A stretch of 63,974 nt of DNA, counting the filler, from Olpidium bornovanus S191 (Eukaryota > Fungi > Olpidiomycota): assembly GCA_017911155.1 (NCBI GenBank). It is 29 parts of 29 records of this genome, joined end to end, with 100 filler letters (N's around TTAATTAATTAA, not from the genome) between each part and the next. Parts side by side here need not be neighbours in the genome. Positions count along the whole stretch, not along the records: positions 22,473 to 25,147 come from JAEFCI010002934.1; positions 25,248 to 27,463 come from JAEFCI010003870.1; positions 27,564 to 28,568 come from JAEFCI010009419.1; positions 28,669 to 31,358 come from JAEFCI010001155.1; positions 31,459 to 33,487 come from JAEFCI010000603.1; 24 more parts are not named here. One strand, 5' to 3'. Below are positions 23,059 to 33,587 of this stretch, piece by piece. Below the pieces are notes generated by a model. That model was not told where the DNA came from. It saw only the letters and a program-made list of their open reading frames with translations, and did no database searches. The translations under genes were made by a program, and so were the position numbers. Numbering within the stretch: position 1 is the stretch's first letter; each line of letters opens with the position of its first letter.

Positions 23059-24509
23059 TCACTCGGCCGGGTACTTTTGTTCGTTGATCCCGAACAGTCG
23101 CACCCTATCCATCGAGGGAAGCTTGGCGATCAAGACAACCACCAACGCCGTCAGGTTAATCATGAACGTGGGCACGTCGTAGTTTGTGTAGTGCGTGCTT
23201 AGGAGGAACCTGCGACAGACAAAGGAAAAGAGATGTTTGCAACAAGAGAAAATCAAAGGCGACGGGATCAAAACCCCGCCAGAAAGCCGGGGAAAGCCCG
23301 CACTCACAGCAGGATGGGAAATGCCGTCAGGAATTTCCGTGTCGGTGTGAACTGCACGCCATGGTCAATTTGCTCCCACAAGGTCAGGTCGTCGAAAGCG
23401 CCTTGGTTGAACTCGAATGGGACCCCTCGTATCCAATGGAACATGAAAAACGAGCCCTGAGGATGTGGAACGCGGAATCGCGGGTCAAAATAATTGGGTT
23501 ATCGGGCGCATCGACGGTTAATACATTAGATTATCATCCGGTCCACGAATGACGAAAGCCCCCGACCGAGCAAACGTTCGCTACTCCGCCGCTCCGAACA
23601 CGGTTAATTCATTCCGCGAGAAAGGCTTTACCAGCATGTATGATAGGTTGGTCAGAGTCCAGCTGGCTTCGTTATTGATGAAGGGTATTACGCTGAAGAG
23701 CAGTTTCAAAAGAATGACCACGAACACGTTCGTGATCCATGCCCCTAAAGTGAACGAGCAAAGCGGCGAAGGACGGTGGGGACAGGAAAACAAAAGAGAA
23801 AGGTCGCTGATGGTCAGGCGGCAGCGTAGCCGGAGGAAAGCCTCACGTTTATCGATCCGACTGGTGACATCAGGCAAGAACACTCAAGGGGTTCCCTCAA
23901 CGAAACCGGAGGAAAACATGGGTCTTTGGGTCGGTTTCCAGAGCACAGCACGGAGGCGCGGTAGGCCGGTGGGTTCCGTGGGCAGCTCCCGCCCATCTTC
24001 ACAACCCTCACTTGCATCCCCCCAGTCCTGCCTCCCCACCAGCGATAATAAGCCCGCTGCGCTCGGCGGTCTTCGTCTCGCAGGATGAACAGGATTAGGA
24101 AAAGTAAGCGGTACTGCGCGGGACGCCAGTTTCTCCGCAAGCTTGGTTGCAGCGGAACTTCTGACTGGCGATGGACGAGTATCCCGTGTTCTTCGCACCG
24201 AGCCTTGGGGTCAAGCGTCCTTCCGGCCAACGGGCGGCCGACCGCGGAGAGGCGCGGTGCGGCCGAGGGGACGGGAAGGGAGGGCGGACGGACAGTCCTT
24301 GTCCCCGAACAGTTTGGGAGGCAGGCCCCGCCTTTCCCCACTTCCCTGTTGCCGTGCTTCTCACCACGCCATCACCCCCCTCCGCCTCCTCCTTCCTCCG
24401 GAAACTCACCCCTCGAGTTTACCCAATCCGAATTCGGGTTGTTGAAGCTCGTGTCCTGCGTGGCGGTGTCCCGCGACGCGCGCCGCTTAATGTCTCCGTC
24501 GGTGAGCAT
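23059..24509 (-). CDS. ORM1: ORM1/ORMDL sphingolipid regulator; complete, 4 exons (24509-24410, 23744-23632, 23456-23308, 23209-23059)
   Basis: Motifs NNPNSDWVNSRGAW, SWTLTNLSYM, MFHWIRGVPFEFNQGAFDDLTLWEQID, KFLTAFPILLFLLSTHY and AKLPSMDRVRLFGIN. All exon phases are consistent. Confidence 0.95.
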
Positions 24510-25247
24510 CCGCGCCGCTCGGCGACACCCGCGGGGCGCGCCGGCGGCCCTCCCCGTCGAACGGCGCTCGCTCTCCTAGGGAACGACGGGGAAAGGGGCC
24601 GGTCGGTGGCGGCCTTGGAAGCAGCCCCGAGAGAGAAAGTGATAGATATGGCTGGGGCGGGGGGCGGGGAAGGGGAAACGGGAAGGGGAGGAGAGAGGGA
24701 GAGCGTGGAAAAACAATCCCGTCCGCCTCCCCGCTCAAGGCTGCGCTCGTCCTGCTCTTCCCGACGGCGGCGGCGGCGGCGGCGGCGGCGGCGTGCGGCG
24801 GAGGGGAAGAGCGTGGGGATGGGGAGAAGGGGGGGGGAACCGTGTCCTTCTGCGGGTGCGAACGGTGGATGCCGTGCGGCTGCGTGTGTGTGTGCGTGGG
24901 GGGGTTTTTTTTTTGGGGAGAAGGAATTCCCGAACTGCAGGCTCCGGATCTCAGAAAAACCTGTCGATTTCGATCGAAAGATTTCCCCTCGCCAAAAAAA
25001 AAAAAAAAAAAAAAGAAAAAAAAATCCCATGCGTAAAACGTCTAATCCCATTTGCGGAGAGCTCCGCGCCCCCGTCGGAGATTGCACCCAGAGGTTTACC
25101 CCCTGGGTGCTCGCTCTGTGGAGCCGGCGTACCTTTTTCTCTATCGANNNNNNNNNNNNNNNNNNNNNNNNNNNNNNNNNNNNNNNNNNNNTTAATTAAT
25201 TAANNNNNNNNNNNNNNNNNNNNNNNNNNNNNNNNNNNNNNNNNNNN

Positions 25248-27463
25248 ACATGAAGCGGTCGAGGGTCATCTGCCCCTGACGAGGCCTGTCGATGTCTTGC
25301 CAGGGCGGAAGAAGGTGGCTCAATCACGAAAACCGGCAAGGCCGGGAAATCAGTCTCTCGTGAGCGGTCTCGTCTGGGCAGAGAAGGGCGATCGCAAATG
25401 TCAACTTTGGTTTTATGCCCGGGACAGAAACCGTAATGACCTCATCGGCGTCAGCTTGGCTATCGTGCATCGCGGTTTTCTGCTTTTTTTCCGATGCGTA
25501 CGGCTTCGACGGAACCGTATACGCGCATCCCTAAGCAGTTGTTCCGCGGTCGGTATTTCCATATTAGGTTCCAATGGCGGTTCAATCACAGCATCGCCCC
25601 ACTTGTCAAACCTTTCTGCACGCGGTCTCTAAAAATTGCGGGCGTCAGCGCCGCATCTTTCGCGCAGAATTGCTCGGAGAGCCCTGACGTCCACAAGGGG
25701 CAAGTCACGCGCTGTGCCCGGAACGTTAAGAGCCGCTGCAAGGTCCGGACGCGGTTTCGTTTCGCGATCGACAAGGTCAGACACCAGACTCGGATAATAA
25801 TCCAGCGTACTCCCAGCCTTGCCGCAGTGGTCGACCTCCGCGGGCAGTCTAAGGAGTTGGCCTGTGGCGATGCTGCACTCTTGTTGGGCTTCGGCGGAGT
25901 CGCACGTCAGCACGATCGTTGCATGTAACTCCGCGAAAACGAACGTGTTCCTGCAGGCGCACATTCGATCCCGCGGATTGCCGCATGGCAACACTGTCAG
26001 CTCGCGGAACAGTCGCATCGTGGTCCCAGAGGTAAAGGATGACGTCCTCAAGAACTCCGACAGAGCCAAGGAAGGTCGGCAAAGCAAGCTGGCCCCTTTT
26101 GGAAACCCCCAGTGGCAACGCGGTGGTTTTTGAACGGGGTCGACATGTCAGCTGCCGAAATATGAAGCCGCCGTCATACGACCACTTTGTGTACTTCGTA
26201 TTGGCAACGCTTACCCAAAGTACTTCCAACGCCCTCGTCTTCGCGGTCGTTTTGTTGATGGGCCGTCGGCACCGGCGGGCAGAAGGAGCTTGTATAAATT
26301 GTTGGAGGTGCGAATGGCCCGACCAATGGAGGTTGGCCCGTGGCGCCGTGCGAAATGGTGCAGGTGTCATGCTCAAACACCAGTCGGGCGCCCCTGCGGG
26401 TTAGTCTGCCGACAGAGAGCAGCTTCCACGCCATCTCGGGAATGTAGAGAACGTCCGAGACGGGTGACACTGCCCCGCCGGCGTGGCGAATGACGGCGGT
26501 TCCCCGAAGACGCGCGCTCACCGTTGAGTTATCACCAAGATGGATCTGCTGGGAACTCGGGCTGGTGCGCTCCAGTGTCGCTAGGTCGTTAGTGATATGC
26601 TGGGTGCAGCAGCTGTCCAACATCCAGCCGTCAGAGTCCCCCGAGGTGGCGGCCATCAGGGCGAACCATGTCAGTTGTTCTTCGCCAGCGACGGCAGCGT
26701 TTGCGACGTTGGTCGTCGAATCGGGGGGCGGAGCAGATGTGCTACTAGTGCTCTGTTGACGCTTTTTGCGTTCCGCGACTGCCCGCTTGGTACGCTCGGT
26801 GTGCTCCGTGGGACAGTTAGCCGCGATATGCCCGGATCCTTTGCAGTTGTAGCATTGCTGACTCGCACGTTCCCCCTTGTCCGGCCGCGCTTTGTCCTTT
26901 TTGGCGGCGAGGAGCGCAGTGCCGCCGTCCTTCTCGTCCTCCTTGCGCCGCCGGGCGTCCGCTTCACGATAGACCGTCAGTGTCTCACCTAGGGAGGGTG
27001 TCTCCCAGGTCTTGGTGACGGTGTTGTAGGAGGAACGACTCTCGAGCGCGTCCACAGCGACGCGGGGCAAGTTCAGGGAGCCCATTAACACGACGTCACG
27101 CATCTCCTGCTTCCAGTCTCTGACATTCGTCTCGCCCTGGTTCAGAAGGCGCCCGACGAGCTCCTTCACTTGCAGCACGAAGTTGTCGAACGTCTCCTCT
27201 TTCTTCATCTCGATGGTGTAAAGGGCGCGCTTGAGGGCGAGCCGTGCAGTAGCGCCAACGTGTTCAAATGCGCCTCCAATGCGCTCCACGCTTCGTGAGC
27301 AGTTTCACAGGCGGCGATAACGTGCTTGTGGAGGTCCCCGACGGGGAGGTATATTTCGCCCATTGCTTTGGCATCTTCCTCCTTCCATTGTTCGGCGTCT
27401 TCACCGTCGCCTGCCGGCCGCGAGCGCGACCCGGCAACAATGCGCCACTGGCGCTTTCGCATG
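25248..27463 (-). mobile_element. Ty1/copia retrotransposon internal region (gag, zinc knuckle, protease, decayed integrase)
   Basis: UBN2-like Gag (ARLALKRALYTIEMKKEETFDNFVLQVKELVGRL), CCHC knuckle CYNCKGSGHIAANC, protease WMLDSCCTQHITND, and GAG-pre-integrase LLSVGRLTRRG. Frameshifts occur near 27250 and below about 26250. Confidence 0.9.
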
Positions 27464-27563
27464 NNNNNNNNNNNNNNNNNNNNNNNNNNNNNNNNNNNNN
27501 NNNNNNNTTAATTAATTAANNNNNNNNNNNNNNNNNNNNNNNNNNNNNNNNNNNNNNNNNNNN

Positions 27564-28100
27564 CACTGCTGGCCTTCTGCAACAAATTCGAAATGGCAGC
27601 AGAACAAGCACAATTGACCAACAAGGAGGCGTTACGCCCTAACCTTTATAGGGCCCAAGCGCCAGGTGCAAGGATACTTCATGCACTCCCCGAATCTAAT
27701 GCCACGTTCCACTGCGGAACAAGAAGGCAAACCAAAAAAAAAAAAAAAAAAAAACCAATAAAAAAAACATCACGTCAATCAGGGCGCATTGCGAGACGTA
27801 CGTCTCCGGCTTATTTAGCCTCGCAAAAGGAGTCTGGCGAGGAAACTCGCGTTCCTTTTGGGTTTTTTTTTTCTTCCTTTTTTTGTTGTTTCTCCCAGTT
27901 GGAACAAGTCCAAAGAAAGGCATTACCGCCTTTGGACGGAGTAAAGCTGCCTGGGAGGGAGATCCGCCAGTTCGCGATTGCAAAACTGCTCTTCAAGTAC
28001 AAACACCAAGGGTTGTCCTGACACTGGCAAAACGCACGGCGGACCAGAAAACACCGAGACCTCTGGAAACCAGCGCTTTCTTCTGAGGTGATGCTGATTT
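27564..28100 (-). CDS. Internal exons of an unidentified gene
   Basis: Putative splices give KSASPQKKALVSRGL-GQPLVFVLEEQFCNRELADLPPRQLYSVQ...VERGIRFGECMKYPCTW. No family recognised. Confidence 0.35.
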
Positions 28101-28177
28101 CTGGAATGATTGGGGGGTGGGGGATATTGATAAGTTAGCTGGTCCGCGGGGACAGGGACGAGAGTGTCGGTTGGGCG

Positions 28178-28215
<38 letters not shown>

Positions 28216-28450
28216 GGAATTCAAAAGAGGCCCTGATTTCATTTTAAAAGTCCGGCGAGACTCTTTCCTTTCTTTCCCCGCGATCAGGGTCACGTGGGCT
28301 CACGTGCCTTTTTCTTTTTGCCGACGGCACCCACCGCCCCCCAGAGGCTTTCCTCCTCCTCCGCCCTCCCCAACCAACCCGCCGCCGCCCTCTGCCTTTT
28401 TTTTTTTTTTTCCGGCGGCCCCCGCCGGTTCGCCCACACGCGCGCTTCAA

Positions 28451-28494
<44 letters not shown>

Positions 28495-29400
28495 ACGCAG
28501 CCATGCCGGGCGCGCGCACGTCTGCACCGCACGCACATCCACATCTCGTGCGGCGTCTTCTGGCCGCGNNNNNNNNNNNNNNNNNNNNNNNNNNNNNNNN
28601 NNNNNNNNNNNNTTAATTAATTAANNNNNNNNNNNNNNNNNNNNNNNNNNNNNNNNNNNNNNNNNNNNCATGCAACCATAAATATGGATTACATCCTCAA
28701 TGGGAAACTGTTTACAATGTAACCATTAAGGATATAACTTGCTTTAACTGGCAATCCTTTAATGGCTTGAGCTACTGTTTCTATGTTAACGTGTATTCCT
28801 AGAACCAAACATAAAAACAACCTTTATGCCAAATCCTTGCTTCAGCGACCCCTTTTTCCCCCCTCCCCTTCACAAGGGATATTATCGCCCTGCCGAGTGC
28901 CGTTCTGAGGAGGCGCGCCCTATCGCGCAGCCGGTGCTTTCTCGCGCGTTCTTGAAGAAATTGAGAGAGGCGAGCAAAAAGGACAGAGTTTGAAGGATTG
29001 CAGACGGCGTGCGGCGAAGGTCGCGCGTACTCCGGGGTCCTGTGGAGCGGCGGGGCATCCTGGAACCAAGATGGGGAAGGTGAAGAGCGCGGAGGGGAGG
29101 CGCCAAGGGGCAATTCCGCGTGTCCGCCGCTGAACGCTCCCACAAGCGGTTGTTTCATCGCTGCCGGCCACGGCCGGTTGATACGGACATAAACCGGCGA
29201 AGATCGCCATTTCGTGTGTTCGCATTTGTCTCCACTCGTCTTGAAGCGGTTCGGCCAGTCGGCCATTCTCAAACAGAAAGACGGGACGCCGAGTTATCCC
29301 GAACCAGATAACAGTCACAATTTAATAATCACCGAGAAAAGCCTATCTTCAAACTAATATCAGAGCGACTGTGGATAAAATAACCAAGCGGAAGGTGTTT

Positions 29401-29849
29401 CTACCAGTAGCCGTAGTTCTTTCCCTTGCCCTTGCCCTTGCCCTTTCCCTTGCCCTTGTAGAAGTTGTTGTAGTTCGCATCTTTTTTGTTGTTCTTCTTG
29501 GCGGCGTTGTTGTAGTCTTTTTTGTAAGCTTTTGTGTTCTTGTTCGTGTTCTTCTTAGCCTGGTTGTACTTAAATCTGCAGGTAAGAAAAAAAACAATTC
29601 GAGTTTAACCGGCGGTCGCACCGGAGCTCCCTCAAGTTTCCTGCCAAGATCAAACGCTCTGTACCCCTTGTTAACAGCCGCGTTGTTATTGTACTTGTCG
29701 GTTTTCACAGCGACGTTGTTGGATTTCTTCGCAGCTTTGTTGTTAGCGTTGAGGTTCTTGAGGTTCTTTCCGTAACCGGGAGCAGGAGCCGCGTACACGG
29801 TCAGAGCGACGCCGACGAGCGCGAGAATAATAACGGTGGAGAACTTCAT
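29401..29849 (-). CDS. Small secreted Lys/Asn/Tyr-rich cationic protein; complete, 2 exons (29849-29665, 29575-29401), 119 aa
   Basis: Signal peptide MKFSTVIILALVGVALTVYA. The intron gtacag...ctgcag has a polypyrimidine tract; the spliced frame is open to TAG and ends YK(GK)6NYGYW*. A TATAAG lies about 105 nt upstream. Confidence 0.88.
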
Positions 29850-32800
29850 TTTTGGTTCTGGGCTGAAGGTTTTCGGTATGGAGGAGTTTAATGTCGGATA
29901 ACCTTGGCGACGACCGGCTCTGGGAATAAGAAAATTTGCTGACGATGGCCCAACTTATATGCGCCGCCGGGAAACCGAGAATCGCGCTTTGCGGCGCTGG
30001 CGGAGCTTACCAGGAACTGTACCGAGCGGCAACGTGTTCAAAAATCAACGATGACGGCGAGCTGTAAGGTGCACGAGAAAATAAAATATCAGCAGCCGGC
30101 GATGACGCCTTTTTTTGGCTCGGCGGCACGTTTGCTGGTCACCGACGGCGCCGAGAGGGACGAAAATTACGTGTCCGTTGGCGACTCCTCTTTCGCCATC
30201 TTCCATAACGTTGAAATGTCGCGCTGCAAACTGCCGGGAACGCTGACGGCATTTGTACGCCCGTTCGCTTGCCAAAAGCACGAAAGCGCACGAAAGCACT
30301 TGCACCGCACGAAAACACTTGCATTCAACGCGGCTACGCACTGGCAGTAGAAGCACGCAAACATTCGCGTTTTGCGCTGACGCTCATTGAAGGCAAAATA
30401 GCACGCAAGAACCTACGTCAAACGTGCAACAAATTATGGGGAACCGGCCGCAACCGGCGGCGCGCGTTCAAGGCGGAGTTAAGGCGAGCGGGTTGCTGCC
30501 GCTCGCGGGAAACGTGGCGAGGGCCGTCATATCTGCAAAAGAGGTTTTGCTCGCGCGCGGCTCTCCAGCAGCGCGTCCGCGGCCGCCCTCTCGCCCGAGG
30601 GAGAAAGGGCGTCAGTCGAGCCCATCTACTTCCACGGCCTGCAAATTGTGTCGTTTTCCGCCGAATGATAAATCTACCGGCAACGCGACCAGCGAGACTC
30701 AACACGCGCCGTCCACGAATGGTAAGCCGACAGTCGGAAGCGAAGCACATTTCCTGCGCGCCGTCCGCTAGGCGCCGAAGTGGCTGCCCGCGGTACCGCG
30801 GCTGGCCTCCAAACGTGCCGTCCGTCGCGATCATTCCGGCCTGTGCCACGCGCGCTTCGGGGTCTCCGTTTCTTTCTTTTTTCTTTGCAAGCGGTGAACG
30901 AGAAACGTAAGCTACGGGCACCGACAGCCGTATGGGTTTCACTGTTGTTCCTTGGGATCGCAGCCGCCGTCCGGCAGCTCGGGCGATCCCGTGGTTGACG
31001 CCACGAAGCGGGCAGTCAGTCCGCGTAACCCCCCATTTCCAGATCTCCCGTCTGGGCAGAACAACGGCCTTGCGCGTTGTTCTTGGCTCGCCGGTTGAGG
31101 GCAATTCCTCCGCGCCGCCAAACACCCGCGAGCGGTCTGGTCTCAGGTGAGTTCTGCCTGTCCTGTCAACACAGAAGGGAACTTGCTGGTGGAAAGAGGG
31201 CACTGGTGCGGCGCCGCCGTTTGTCTGGCGTTCAACAAAGCCTCTCTCTAGTTTACATCTGCATCTGTTGTTCTTGTCTGCAGGAGCTGTCAGGCAGCCA
31301 GCTCAATGCAGAGGGAATGACTCGTTCAGCCTCAACCTACGCGGCCTAAACTAGCATGNNNNNNNNNNNNNNNNNNNNNNNNNNNNNNNNNNNNNNNNNN
31401 NNTTAATTAATTAANNNNNNNNNNNNNNNNNNNNNNNNNNNNNNNNNNNNNNNNNNNNCATGCACCAGAAAGCGACGACTGTTTCTCACTGTCGTTATCT
31501 CTGTTCGTTCGCTCCGCCTACGTCCTCTCTATCACTCTAAAAATGCATCTATGTAACTCTATCAGAATATGTATTATACGTGCCTAATAATTCAATTGTA
31601 ACTCAAATACAATTTAATCCACTGACTGTGTTATTTTAACTATTATAGTCTCTATAGTAGTAGTATTTATATTAGATCCAATTATTGTGCTATGTGTCCG
31701 CGGCAGGGGGCCGTCTTTCTCTCTTTCGCTCGTCTGGAGAACGTTCGCGCCTCAGGCACCCTGGGGAATATGCTCTTGCCAGGAGGGAGAAGGGAGAAAC
31801 CGGGCGTTCCATATATTTGAGGGGGCTTCCCGCTCGCCCGAACACGTCAAAACCCTCCTCCGCAATGTGCTTGCCGCCATACCAGTGCAGGGCAATCAAC
31901 TCCGCGCCCGCGCCTCGCGCTTTCAATTTCCAAGACGCGGTTCGCTATCTCGACAGGTTTACTCGATTTTTCCGCGAGTCCGCCCGCGTCACGTTGGCCG
32001 TTAGATTCGTCGGAGTCGCTCCGGTCCAGACCTTCATCGCCCTCACCGTCGCTTGGTCACCCTTTCTGTCGTTGCCATGCAGCGATTATTGCCTAATTGA
32101 TGACTAACAGCAGATAACCCCAGGGCGATATCCACACCCGATCTCAAAAGAAACCGTAACATTTATCTGAGAATTTTGGATTTTTGCACGTTTTTGATGT
32201 TGACGATTATGCGGCATATTTAGGGGTGGCCCTCCCCAACGCTCCCTTTCCCCTCCCGTGGCGGTCGCGGCGGTCGTCGCGCAGTCGGTAGGAAACACCG
32301 GGGTGACGATCAGCGCCGCTGCGCGCTGATGAAACGTGGCCACGCGCTGGCCGCGCCATGATGGGCTGTAACCATTTTAAAAGCCATCTGTTTTGTTGAC
32401 GCCGTTCCTCGACCAACTTCGAACGAGGCCGGCAGGCTAAGCTGCCTTCACAGAGCCGATTGCTAGCACCGAATCCGGCTTCACGTTGTACTGTGGCGTT
32501 GGCGGCTTCCGCACTTAATGCTGACGAGCCTCGACTTGTATACCTCTTTTGACCGAATGGACGCAAAAGAAATAAACATTCCCGCCCCACCCACCCCCGT
32601 GCTGGTTGATGAAAGTGCCGTACGGGTTCTGGATGTTCGATGGGGGGAAAGGGTTTCCGTGATAAGACCAGAATCCTGCCGGTTCGGGAATTAACTGTCT
32701 GTCGTTCGCGCGAAATTTTTTCCCTTGACGGCATTTTTACGCACTTGCGGGCAAAAGCACCGCGGTCGCACGGAAGTTTGCCTGTCGGTCATCACCGCTC

Positions 32801-32982
32801 GATCGTCCAGATCATCTGCAGCCGCGTGATGCATATGTAGGCGGCCTGAAGAGGTGGGGCGGGAGGGCAACGATTACACCGGCGGAAGGGGCAAGTGCGG
32901 CGCCGTTATTCGAGCAGCCAATGGAGGGGCCCGGCGCTGCCCCAGGCCGCCGGACGCAAAAACCGCTGGGATGGCCTCGTAC

Positions 32983-33487
32983 CAAGACAAGCGCGATGGC
33001 GAACAGCAGCGCAGCTGGAAAGGCGACGTCGAAAAGCGATCTGCCGTAGTGCTCCGTCAGCGACGCGTTGCACCCGGCCGCGTCGAAGCTGCCGTTCGGG
33101 GCCAGGGCCTGACACGTCCGCACTACGCCGGCTGCCGTGTACGCCGCGGCGGAGAGGGTCCAGGCTGTCGCGCAGCCGGCAATCGTTTTCAGGTTCTAGA
33201 AGGCGGCGCGGCGAGCACCAGTCATCAACGGTTGCGAACGGGCGCGCGCGCCTGGTAACTCCCCGCTCGACGCTTCTTGCAAGCGAGAGGCAGACATAAA
33301 TTGGCGGAGCTGATGGGGGATTAAGGTTGGGTTGGGGGGGGGGGGTTTGGAAAACGATGAACGGCGAAGACGCTGTTCAGGAAGAACGGTCACCGCACCG
33401 CCAGCGAGCTCGGGGCGACCGGCTCTTTGTCCGCCCAAGTCGCCAGTTGGATGGCCAGCATTATGACCGACAAGCAAAAAACGCATG
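32983..33487 (-). CDS. Exons of a multi-pass membrane protein with a Cys-containing loop (tetraspanin-like topology)
   Basis: CVFCLSVIMLAIQLATW... and exon 33195-32983 NLKTIAGCATAWTLSAAAYTAAGVVRTCQAL...GCNASL...LFDVAFPAALLFAIALVL|gtacga. Confidence 0.35.
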
Positions 33488-33587
33488 NNNNNNNNNNNNN
33501 NNNNNNNNNNNNNNNNNNNNNNNNNNNNNNNTTAATTAATTAANNNNNNNNNNNNNNNNNNNNNNNNNNNNNNNNNNNNNNNNNNNN

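Noticed and set aside
24078-24170. GATGA...CTGA with flanking complementarity in ORM1 intron 1 as a C/D snoRNA
   Set aside because: It is antisense to the host transcript, box C is imperfect, and no rRNA guide was recognised.
29349-29849. Unspliced 166-aa ORF with a Thr/Arg-rich tail
   Set aside because: A canonical intron (29664-29576) restores a frame that continues the K/N/Y composition and codon style of exon 1 through to a clean stop.
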